Source of the DNA: an uncultured Acidobacteriota bacterium
GTDB taxonomy: Bacteria > Acidobacteriota > Terriglobia > UBA7540
Direction: 5' to 3'
Length of the DNA: 64,000 nt
Assembly: GCA_963804995.1 (NCBI GenBank)
Contig: CAWDSK010000005.1
Span: 1,056,001-1,120,000, forward strand
In this document: piece by piece, positions 20,597 to 29,801 of the stretch
How positions within the stretch are numbered: the stretch's first letter is position 1
Layout: each line of letters starts with the position of its first letter
Position numbers and translations under genes: made by a program
The notes under the pieces: generated by a model
What the model was told of the DNA's origin: nothing
Seen by the model: the letters and a program-made list of their open reading frames with translations, nothing else
Database searches by the model: none

Positions 20597-20984
20597 CAAG
20601 TTCATCCCCGCAATCAGCACCGATGCGATCGCGCCGGGCGGAATGAAAACCGTCGAACTCGGCGGGAGGGAGATCGTCATCTGCAATTGCGACGGGACTT
20701 ACTACGCCGTCCAGCGACGCTGCGGACACATGAATGCCGCGCTGGAAATGGGGACACTCGACGGCAAGTTCGTCACGTGCGCCATGCACTGTGCTCAATT
20801 CGACGTGACGACCGGCCAGGCCCTCTCCGGCCCGGTTCCAGCGGACTTGGGCAATGAGAGCCTTCCGCCCAGACTGGCCGCATTTATGCAGCATGTGGGC
20901 ATGCAGATGAAGCATGTCCGAACGGAATCCATCCGCACCTATGAGACGAAAGTCGAAGCCGGCTGGGTGCACGTCGCACTGTGA
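20589..20984 (+). CDS. Rieske [2Fe-2S] ferredoxin-like protein B (GTG start overlapping the FTR stop)
   Basis: CGH...CAMH ligands, AQFDVTTG. Confidence 0.9.
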   Translation: MSDKFIPAISTDAIAPGGMKTVELGGREIVICNCDGTYYAVQRRCGHMNAALEMGTLDGKFVTCAMHCAQFDVTTGQALSGPVPADLGNESLPPRLAAFMQHVGMQMKHVRTESIRTYETKVEAGWVHVAL

Positions 20985-21086
20985 TTTCTGCGGAAGTACG
21001 AATCCATGTGACACTGGAATTGTGAGACGGAGTTAAGCGCGGGTTCGGCGATGAATGAGTCTGAAAGAATTTGAGGTATTACATCT

Positions 21087-21857
21087 ATGGGAATGTCGCA
21101 AGCTGTTTCATCTGATTTTGGGTCCATGGTCGGTCCTCCCCCCTTCATAAAGCTGAGGAGCGGAAGCCCGGGGAGGATGGCCTCACCTGCCTCCAGGCCG
21201 GTTAACTCTCCGAGTATTGCCGGCCCACAGGACAGGGGCAACGAGTGGGCGGTCGTCCAGCAAGCCATTGCTGGGAATGCTGACGCGCAAGAGCGTCTCT
21301 TCGCGGGTCACACACGCCGGCTCTATCGGACTGTATTCGCGCTGCTCAACAATATGGAAGACGCCGAGGATGCACTACAGGAGGGCTTGTGCAAGGCGTT
21401 CACCACCCTCCGCTCGTTTCAGGGGCGGTCGTCTTTCTCCACGTGGCTTACCCGCATCGTCATAAACTCGGCGTTGATGGCCCGCCGCAGGAAGAGCGCC
21501 CATCCAGAAGCTTCCTTGGACGAGATGCTGGATTATCAGCCCAATCAGATGCCGCGCGGATTCGTCGATCCGCGGCCCGACCCCGAAAAACTCTACGCCG
21601 AGACCGAGCTCAATGCACGGGTCGAAGAGCATGTCAGCCAACTCCCGCCCGCACTGCAAATGGCCATTCGACTCCATGCTTTATACGGCTTGTCCGCGCC
21701 GCATTCAGCCGAGGTTCTTGGGGTCTCGGCGAGCGCAATCAAATCGCGAATCTTTCGGGCGCGATTGAAGCTGGCCTGTGGGCTGTACCGATCGCTCGAG
21801 GTTAGCGCGATCGGGCTCATGTTGAGAAAACGTGGCAATCTGAGAGTCAGGGGTTAA
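21087..21857 (+). CDS. ECF-type sigma-70 factor
   Basis: DAEDALQE, SFQGRSSFSTWLTRIVIN (region 2), AEVLGVSASAIKSRIFRAR (region 4); start uncertain. Confidence 0.9.
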   Translation: MGMSQAVSSDFGSMVGPPPFIKLRSGSPGRMASPASRPVNSPSIAGPQDRGNEWAVVQQAIAGNADAQERLFAGHTRRLYRTVFALLNNMEDAEDALQEGLCKAFTTLRSFQGRSSFSTWLTRIVINSALMARRRKSAHPEASLDEMLDYQPNQMPRGFVDPRPDPEKLYAETELNARVEEHVSQLPPALQMAIRLHALYGLSAPHSAEVLGVSASAIKSRIFRARLKLACGLYRSLEVSAIGLMLRKRGNLRVRG

Positions 21858-21875
21858 TGGATCGGGGGGTGGACC

Positions 21876-23783
21876 ATGAACGAACAGGAATCGTCACCAA
21901 GAAAACGCGACCGCGACAACGAAAAGAAGCGCCAGGAGCAAAGTCGGCGTCAGCTTCATTTCGGCATCAGCTACCTGATCACGAGCCTGATTGTCTTGTG
22001 GCTGTTCCAGGTATTCGTCTTAGCTCCCGCCCGGAACACAGAAATTCCTTACAGCGAATTCAAGAAAAAACTGGCGGGGGCTCAAATCGTAAAGGTAACC
22101 ATTGGCGAAAGGGGCATCATTGGTGAGATGAAAAATCCCCAACCGGGCGGAGCTCCTCCGACCGTACCATTCAGTGCCATACCTGCGCCTGCCCCCGGCG
22201 ACCCCAAGCTGATTGAAGATTTACAAAGCGCCAATGTAACGTACCAATTCGAGCACCCGCCGAGTCCTCTGGGTGGTATTTTGCTGAACCTTCTGCCGCT
22301 GCTCCTACTCGGTGTTTTCTGGTACATGGCCTATCAGCAGGCGGGCGGGGCTGCTGGCGGAGGGATGGGCGCCATCTTTGGGGTCGGGAAGAGCAAAGCG
22401 GTCGAGGTCAAGCCCGAGGATGTTACGGTCACCTACAAAGACGTGGGCGGGGCGGATGAAGCCATTGCCGACCTGCAAGAGATCATTCAATTTCTGAAGG
22501 CGCCCGAGCAATTCGGGCAACTTGGCGGGCATATCCCCAAGGGCGTGCTGCTCGTCGGGCCCCCGGGCACCGGCAAGACGCTGCTGGCTAAAGCCACGGC
22601 CGGGGAGGCCCAGGTCTCGTTCTTCGAGACCAGTGGCTCCGAGTTTGTCGAGATGTTCGTGGGCGTGGGCGCCGCACGCGTGCGCGACCTGTTCGAGCAG
22701 GCGCGCAAGGCTGCTCCGGCGATCATTTTCATTGACGAGATTGATGCCATCGGTCAGAGCCGGGGAGGCGCGATACGCATGGGCACCAATGACGAGCGTG
22801 AGCAGACCCTCAACCAGTTGCTGGCGGAGATTGACGGCTTCAAAACTGACACTAGCGCCCCCGTGATTATTATGGCTGCCACCAACCGCCCGGAGGTGCT
22901 CGACCCGGCACTTCTGCGCGCGGGCCGCTTTGATCGGCAGGTCGCCATTGGCAATCCGGATCTCATTGGCCGGGCTCAAATCCTGCGGATTCACAGCAAG
23001 GGTATAAAGCTGGCGGCAGATTTTGACATGGACCAGGCCGCCCGGATGACGGCAGGCTTCAGCGGAGCTGATCTGGAGAATGCCATGAATGAGGCGGCAC
23101 TAGGCGCTGCCCGGCGCAAGGCCGCGAATGTCACGTTGAATGATTTCGAGGCGGCGATCGAACGGGTGATTGCGGGTTCCGAGAAAAAGAGCCGGGTGAT
23201 GAACCCGCTGGAACGCACTACGGTTGCCTACCACGAGTCCGGCCACGCACTGGTGGCGGAACTGGTGCCCCATGGTGAACCGGTCACCAAGATCAGCATC
23301 GTCCCGCACAGCCGTGGCGCCTTGGGCTACACTATCCAAACGCCAACCGAAGACCGCTATCTGCTTTCGGTCGACGAACTGAAGGACAGGATTGCGGTCA
23401 TGCTGGGCGGGCGTGCCGGCGAAAGGGTGGAGTTCGGGACCATCAGCACGGGGGCCAGTGACGACATTATGCGGGCAACTGACTTGGCCCGCCGTATGGT
23501 CACAGAGTTTGGCATGAGTGATAAGCTCGGCTCGGTGCGCTACGCGGGTCAACAACTCCAATACCTGGGGGGATCGGTGGAGGACAATAGCCAGATCAGT
23601 CCGGAGACGCGTCAAGTGATCGACGGGGAAGTCCAGCGTCTCGTGACTGAACAGTACGAGCGTGCTCAGGCCCTGCTGAAGGAGCACCGGGCGGCCCATA
23701 AAACATTGGCCCAGAAACTGCTGAAGCAAGAGACGGTGAGCGGTAGTGACGTGAAAGAGGCACTGGGAAACGGAGGTAAATAG
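21876..23783 (+). CDS. ftsH: ATP-dependent zinc metalloprotease FtsH
   Basis: 2 TMs, [40 protein letters not shown]. Confidence 0.97.
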   Translation: MNEQESSPRKRDRDNEKKRQEQSRRQLHFGISYLITSLIVLWLFQVFVLAPARNTEIPYSEFKKKLAGAQIVKVTIGERGIIGEMKNPQPGGAPPTVPFSAIPAPAPGDPKLIEDLQSANVTYQFEHPPSPLGGILLNLLPLLLLGVFWYMAYQQAGGAAGGGMGAIFGVGKSKAVEVKPEDVTVTYKDVGGADEAIADLQEIIQFLKAPEQFGQLGGHIPKGVLLVGPPGTGKTLLAKATAGEAQVSFFETSGSEFVEMFVGVGAARVRDLFEQARKAAPAIIFIDEIDAIGQSRGGAIRMGTNDEREQTLNQLLAEIDGFKTDTSAPVIIMAATNRPEVLDPALLRAGRFDRQVAIGNPDLIGRAQILRIHSKGIKLAADFDMDQAARMTAGFSGADLENAMNEAALGAARRKAANVTLNDFEAAIERVIAGSEKKSRVMNPLERTTVAYHESGHALVAELVPHGEPVTKISIVPHSRGALGYTIQTPTEDRYLLSVDELKDRIAVMLGGRAGERVEFGTISTGASDDIMRATDLARRMVTEFGMSDKLGSVRYAGQQLQYLGGSVEDNSQISPETRQVIDGEVQRLVTEQYERAQALLKEHRAAHKTLAQKLLKQETVSGSDVKEALGNGGK

Positions 23784-23784
23784 C

Positions 23785-24441
23785 ATGGGGGGTATGATCC
23801 CATTATCGGACGCGTCTCGGGAGCCTCGGAGTTTCCCTGTCGCCACCATGGCTATCATCGTCGCGAACTCGATTGTATTTGTTATGGAACTCATGGGTGG
23901 GGACGCATTTGTAATGAAGTGGTCGGAGATCCCCGCCAACATCGTTGCAGGTCACCACTGGATCACCATCCTGACGGCGATGTTCATGCACGCCGGTTGG
24001 ATGCACATAATCGGCAACATGGTGTTTCTGTGGGCATTTGGCCCAGAAGTCGAAGACGCCATGGGGGTGCCAAAGTACCTGGCGTTTTACCTGCTCAGCG
24101 GTCTGGCGGCTTCTCTGGCGCAGACCGCCATCATGCCCAGTTCCACCGTCCCCAATCTCGGCGCCAGTGGCGCCATTGCCGGTGTGATGGGTGCCTTTCT
24201 GGTTACCTACCCTCATGATGAGATACGCACCGTGCTTCTGTTGGGCTGGTTCACCCGTATAACTTTTATTCCTGCGGCGCTCCTGATCGGATTCTGGTTT
24301 CTCATTCAGCTCTTCAATCAGGTCGGCGCTGTGGCGGACGTGCAGGGGGGTGGCGTCGCTTATGCCGCTCACGTGGGTGGCTTTATCTTTGGGGCAGTTA
24401 CCGCTCGACTTTTTGAGGGCTCCGGGGCCGCCTCCGATTAG
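23785..24441 (+). CDS. rhomboid intramembrane serine protease
   Basis: FMHAGWMHIIGNM, GASG, AHVGG. Confidence 0.95.
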   Translation: MGGMIPLSDASREPRSFPVATMAIIVANSIVFVMELMGGDAFVMKWSEIPANIVAGHHWITILTAMFMHAGWMHIIGNMVFLWAFGPEVEDAMGVPKYLAFYLLSGLAASLAQTAIMPSSTVPNLGASGAIAGVMGAFLVTYPHDEIRTVLLLGWFTRITFIPAALLIGFWFLIQLFNQVGAVADVQGGGVAYAAHVGGFIFGAVTARLFEGSGAASD

Positions 24442-24452
24442 GGATATTCGTC

Positions 24453-26975
24453 ATGTTGTCCGATGCTGCCGCGACCCAGGTTGCGATTACCGGTTTGACG
24501 CCACAAGAAGCTCAGGCTCGGCTCGACCAGTTCGGGCCCAATGAGCCTGCGGCGACAAAGCACCATTCTTTTCTCTCTGATCTCCTGCATGTATTTATGA
24601 ATCCGCTGGCGTTGATTCTGCTGATTGCCGCCATTGTATCGGCATTCACGGGAGACGCGGTAGATGCGGGAATCATCGGCGTTATTGTTCTGCTGAGCGG
24701 GGCTATCGACTTAAGTCAGACGTATCGTTCCCAGCGCGCCGTTGAAGAACTGCGCGATCAGGTTGCCCCGACAGCAACCGTCCTGCGCGGCGGGGAGTGG
24801 AAAGAAATGCCACGGCGTGACGTGGTGCCGGGAGACATCATCCGGCTTTCCGCGGGAGATCTGGTTCCCGCTGACGCACGGCTCTTGATTGCGCGCGACA
24901 TCTATGTCCAGCAAGGAATGCTAACCGGCGAATCGCTCCCCGTCGATAAAGAAGCGACCGGAGAGCCCGCCTCGACCAAAGCGGATGCGCACAACATGGT
25001 CTTTCTCGGCACCTCCATCGTGAGCGGAACCGCAACCGCCGAGGTCGTCGCCACGGGTGCGCGGACCGCCTTTGGCGATATTGCGGCTCGCCTGGCCGCA
25101 CGCCCGGAAGAGACAGCCTTCGATAAGGGCTTGACAAATTTCAGCCATCTCATTGCGCGAACGGTATTCTTCCTCGTTCTCTTCCTGCTTGTCACCAGCA
25201 TTATTCGCCACCGTGATCCGCTTCAATCCCTGATGTTTGCAGTTTCACTAGCCGTGGGCTTGACCCCCGAGTTCCTGCCCATGATTACGTCGGTGACGCT
25301 TTCGAAAGGCGCCGTCGCCATGGCCCATAAGAAGGTCATCGTCAAGCATCTGTCCTCGATTCAGAACCTCGGCAGTGTGGATGTGCTTTGCAGTGATAAA
25401 ACCGGAACGCTCACCGTGGGAACCATGACGCTCGACCGCTCGCTCGATCCCTTCGGGAATCCATCCCTGCGCGCGCTGGAACTCGCCTATCTCAACAGCA
25501 AGTTCGAGACAGGTATCCGCAGTCCGCTGGATGATGTCATCCTTCATCAGTCTCCGTCCAAGATTGACGACTACACCAAGTGCGACGAGATTCCGTTCGA
25601 ATTCGAGCGGCGGCGGCTTTCGGTGGTGGTGGAGCGGCAGGCCCTGAGGGTTCTCATCACGAAAGGTGCTCTGGAAGGAATTTTCCCACTACTCTCCGGT
25701 TGCGAGGTCGAAGGCAAAACAGAACCCATCAGCAAGGACGCTGCCCAGCGCATCCAACAGACGAGCGATGAGCTGAATAGCCAGGGATTCCGCTCTCTGG
25801 CGGTGGCTTACGTGGAAGTTCCTGCACGCCCGGACTACTCCATTGCGGACGAGCGCAATCTCATCCTGGCAGGCTTTTTGAGCTTTGCTGATCCGCCGTT
25901 GCCGGACGCCGCCCAGGTTCTGGCTTCTCTAAAGCAGGATGGGGTTGAGGTCAAGGTCATCTCCGGTGACAACGACCGCGTCACTGCCCATGTTTGCGCG
26001 CAGGTGGGAATCGAACCCGGCCACGTCGTCACGGGCGACGAATTGGACCACACGACGGACCCGGCGCTGGCGCACCTCGCCGCTGAAACGCGGGCCTTCG
26101 CCCGCATTTCCCCGGTGCAGAAGAACCGCATCCTCTTGGCTCTCAAACACAACGGCCACGCCGTGGGGTTCATGGGCGATGGCATCAATGACGCGCCATC
26201 GTTGCACGCGGCTGATGTAGGCATATCCGTGTCCAGCGCTGCGGACGTGGCTCGCGAGTCTGCCGACGTTATTCTCATTGAGCCTGGCCTGCGGGTTCTG
26301 CATGATGGCATCATCGAGGGGCGCAAAGCCTTTGGCAACGTGATGAAGTATTTGCTGATGGGCACCAGCTCGAACTTTGGAAATATGCTCAGCATGGCCG
26401 GGGCTTCGGTCTTCCTCCCGTTCTTGCCCATGCTGCCCACGCAAATCCTGCTGAATAACCTTCTTTACGACGTAGGCCAACTCACCATTCCCACGGATAA
26501 TGTTGACGAGACTTACCTCGCTAAGCCCCAACGATGGGATATCAGCCTGATTCGCAATTTCATGGTGTTCATCGGGCCGATCAGTTCCATCTTCGACTTT
26601 CTAACTTTCTATGTGTTGCTGCATTTCTTCCATGCGAGCGAAGCACAGTTTCATACCGGTTGGTTTGTCGAATCACTTGCAACCCAGACGCTGGTGCTGT
26701 TCGTCATCCGTACATCCAAAAATCCATTCCACAGCCGTCCGAGTAATCCCTTAACCGCAACATGCCTGGCGGTTGTGGCGATCGGGATCTATTTGCCGTT
26801 CAGCCCGGTGGCCGGCATGCTCGGCTTCACGCCCTTGCCCGGGTCATATTTTGCTTTTGTGGCTGTCGCGACGGGAGTCTATCTCTTGCTGGTGGAAGCC
26901 GGAAAACGGGTCCTTCTCCATGGGGCAGATCAGAAGAATTCGGTCAAGCATGGAGATGCCTTAGCGGTCGCCTAA
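24453..26975 (+). CDS. mgtA: Mg2+-importing P-type ATPase
   Basis: TGES, AVGLTPEFLP, DKTGT, GDGINDAP, SSNFGN, WFVESLATQ. Confidence 0.93.
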   Translation: MLSDAAATQVAITGLTPQEAQARLDQFGPNEPAATKHHSFLSDLLHVFMNPLALILLIAAIVSAFTGDAVDAGIIGVIVLLSGAIDLSQTYRSQRAVEELRDQVAPTATVLRGGEWKEMPRRDVVPGDIIRLSAGDLVPADARLLIARDIYVQQGMLTGESLPVDKEATGEPASTKADAHNMVFLGTSIVSGTATAEVVATGARTAFGDIAARLAARPEETAFDKGLTNFSHLIARTVFFLVLFLLVTSIIRHRDPLQSLMFAVSLAVGLTPEFLPMITSVTLSKGAVAMAHKKVIVKHLSSIQNLGSVDVLCSDKTGTLTVGTMTLDRSLDPFGNPSLRALELAYLNSKFETGIRSPLDDVILHQSPSKIDDYTKCDEIPFEFERRRLSVVVERQALRVLITKGALEGIFPLLSGCEVEGKTEPISKDAAQRIQQTSDELNSQGFRSLAVAYVEVPARPDYSIADERNLILAGFLSFADPPLPDAAQVLASLKQDGVEVKVISGDNDRVTAHVCAQVGIEPGHVVTGDELDHTTDPALAHLAAETRAFARISPVQKNRILLALKHNGHAVGFMGDGINDAPSLHAADVGISVSSAADVARESADVILIEPGLRVLHDGIIEGRKAFGNVMKYLLMGTSSNFGNMLSMAGASVFLPFLPMLPTQILLNNLLYDVGQLTIPTDNVDETYLAKPQRWDISLIRNFMVFIGPISSIFDFLTFYVLLHFFHASEAQFHTGWFVESLATQTLVLFVIRTSKNPFHSRPSNPLTATCLAVVAIGIYLPFSPVAGMLGFTPLPGSYFAFVAVATGVYLLLVEAGKRVLLHGADQKNSVKHGDALAVA

Positions 26976-27033
26976 CCATTGTTCCGATGGGCGCTCCGAG
27001 AGCGATGCAGCGGAATGGGTGGGGTAAAGTAGC

Positions 27034-28081
27034 CATGATGCGAAAAGTCATGCCTGCTGCCGCATTGCTGGCCATGATGGCTGTGGCCGCATTGCCCGGC
27101 TTTTCTCGGTCGAATCCTGACCTTGAAACATTCTTTCGGCAGAACATTGGACTGAGTGAGGATCAAATCGCCGCCATCCGAAATGGACATCCGGTCGCGA
27201 AGGCTCTTCCGCCCCGCGTGCCGGCCGAGGTCCTGTTGTTTGGCGCGGTCTTCATCCATGCTGCTCCCGAGGCCTACTTCCAGTTGGCCCGCAATTTCGA
27301 CAGCCTTCGCAAGGTTCCCGGCTTTTTGGCGCTTGTAGTATTCACCGATCCTCCGCAGCTTACTGACTTGCGCGGTTTTGCATTCGACAGCAATGAAATC
27401 AAGGACTTGAAAAGTTGCCAACCCGGCGACTGTCGGATTCAGATGCCTGCGACCTCCATCGAAGAACTCCATCGGTCCGTCGATTGGTCTGCCGACGATG
27501 TGGGTGAACAAGTCAATCAACTCCTGCAGAAGACGGCATTAGAGCTTCTGCTTGCCTATCAGCGCGAGGGCAATCAGGCCCTGGGGATTTATAACGATAA
27601 ACGTGACCCGACCGCGGTTCCCGAGCAGTTCGCATACCTGCTCAGCTACGGCAAGGCCTTGTCAGAGCATGTGCCGGATTTCTACCATTACCTTCTCGTC
27701 TACCCCCATGCGAAGCCCGCGAACTACGAGGAGACGTTCTATTGGGCAAGGGTGCAATTCGGACTAAAGCCGACGTTGCGCATTGTGCACATGGTGAGCA
27801 TGCGTGGGAGCCCCACCGACCCTATAGCATGTGCCATCGCCCAAAAGCAGCTCTATTCGAGCCATTACTTCCAGACCGCGTTGGACCTTTCCATCTGCGT
27901 CCGCGAAGGTGGCGACCGGAAGCGATCCGGCTTCTATCTGATCAAGGCCTTGGGTTCTGAGCAGGCGGGCCTAAGCGGCGCCAAGGGATCGATGGTTCGA
28001 AAGGCTGCGGTGGGCCGGGCGGTTTCAAATCTCCAAAATGGCCTCGCGGTTATCAGGGACACGCTGCAAGGTGACCAGTAG
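27034..28081 (+). CDS. exported hypothetical protein
   Basis: Signal peptide MMRKVMPAAALLAMMAVAALPG; long co-oriented ORF. Confidence 0.75.
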
Positions 28082-28171
28082 GCTCCCGGAGATCGGCCAG
28101 TACGCCATGAACTCGGAATGTAGCAGGTTGGTTCGGTGTTGATATGCCAGTAGCTTACTTCGAGGTGCAAA

Positions 28172-29062
28172 ATGAATCAGTTGGATACCAAGAGCCCCAT
28201 TGCGCCGAAGAAAATCTTGTTGGCCACAGATTTTTCCCCCGCGTCAGAGGCGACGTTACCTTACGCATTGACGATCGCTCACCATTATGGCTCAGAGCTT
28301 TGCGTTGCCCACGTGATCTGCCCGGAGTTCGCAGAACTCATAGCACCTGAGTTGATACCGACGATCCGCCAGGAGGCCCACCGATTCGCACAACAAAACA
28401 TGGAGCGTTTACTCAGTGCCGGACGCCAACGGGGCGTTTCGTGCCACGCGTTAATTGGGGAGGGTGCGATCTGGGATGTTCTTCAGGATATGATTCAACA
28501 AAACGGCCTCGATCTGATTGTTTTGGGGACTCACGGACGTCGAGGACTGCGCAAGTTACTGCTCGGCTCCGTGGCGGAGGAGGTCTTTCGAATGGCGCCG
28601 TGTCCGGTACTCACCGTAGGCCCGAAAACCTCGGAGATACGGTCGATGGATGTTCATCTGGACCACATCCTTTACCCGCTGGAGTTCGTCCCCGATAGAA
28701 GCGATGCCGCGGCATACGCTGTCTCATTAGCTGAGGAATACCATGCCAGGCTGACCATCATGAAGATCTTTGCGGAGATGGTTCCGCCTCCGGACGTGAA
28801 TGCCGCAGTCGAGGAGCCTGTCAGGCACTGGATGGATGATCATATCCCGATGGAATCAGACCTGCACCAGCGCACGAGCTTTGCGCCAGGGTTCGGCCCG
28901 GCGGCGGAAGCAATTCTTAAATTCGCCAGTGATCGCGAGGTAGACTTGATCGTGATGGGCGTGTGCCGTTTGGATCCGGTCATGGCTGCTCACCTTCCCA
29001 AACCTGACACTGCCTACGAGGTGGTCCGCACCGCACCCTGCCCGGTGCTCACCGTGCGTTGA
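28172..29062 (+). CDS. tandem-domain universal stress protein
   Basis: KILLATDFS, DLIVLGTHGRRG..LLLGSVAEEV, APCPVLTV twice. Confidence 0.93.
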   Translation: MNQLDTKSPIAPKKILLATDFSPASEATLPYALTIAHHYGSELCVAHVICPEFAELIAPELIPTIRQEAHRFAQQNMERLLSAGRQRGVSCHALIGEGAIWDVLQDMIQQNGLDLIVLGTHGRRGLRKLLLGSVAEEVFRMAPCPVLTVGPKTSEIRSMDVHLDHILYPLEFVPDRSDAAAYAVSLAEEYHARLTIMKIFAEMVPPPDVNAAVEEPVRHWMDDHIPMESDLHQRTSFAPGFGPAAEAILKFASDREVDLIVMGVCRLDPVMAAHLPKPDTAYEVVRTAPCPVLTVR

Positions 29063-29801
29063 GGTTTAACCAATAGCTAAATTGCAGAGGCCAGCTTTAC
29101 CGGGGCCTATTGTGGATAGCCCGCAAATCCCCATTACTGCCCGAAAGTTCTCAAGAAATCCATAGTAAGCGGTCTAATTTCAATAAGTTAAAAAGATAGC
29201 AATGTTCTCTCAATTTGTTTTCAGCGGTCTATCAAGACGGACGTTGATGTTTGCCATCTTTTAGCCAGCAAACTCCCCAAGTGGAGCCAGAACCTGCCAA
29301 TTCCGTTAGGTCAAAGGTTGACAGATTGGGTGGGCCCGAACAATCCCCTGAACTCATAGCTCATAGCATGTATTTTCAATGATGTTTTCGAATGGCGGGC
29401 CATTTTCGCCTTTTCCAAACTCCCCCGCTTGACATTGAGCACTCAGCGATCGGTCTGAGACTTCGGACCATTAAGCATGCGGGGTCAAGCTTCCTTGGCG
29501 CGCGAACTGGGGGGTTCGCAGGAGCCCAGAATCTTGCGAATTATCGGCGCGGAGAGAAATAACTGTCGAAGTGGTTCATCCGCGGGCAGGGAGTTCGCCA
29601 GCTTCATAATCGTCCCGCGGCTGAGTGCCAAATGGCGTTTCGTCAACTCTCTTGATTTCATCCCCCGCTCGGGGCGCACAGTTTCTGCCTAAAAGAGCAG
29701 ACGTGCTTCGGTTGGTGTATGATGCGCGCTATGGCCTCTCCAGGACGCGAATCGGAGCCCGTGTACGTTTTCACCATGCCCGGCAAAGGTGAGGATGCTT
29801 G

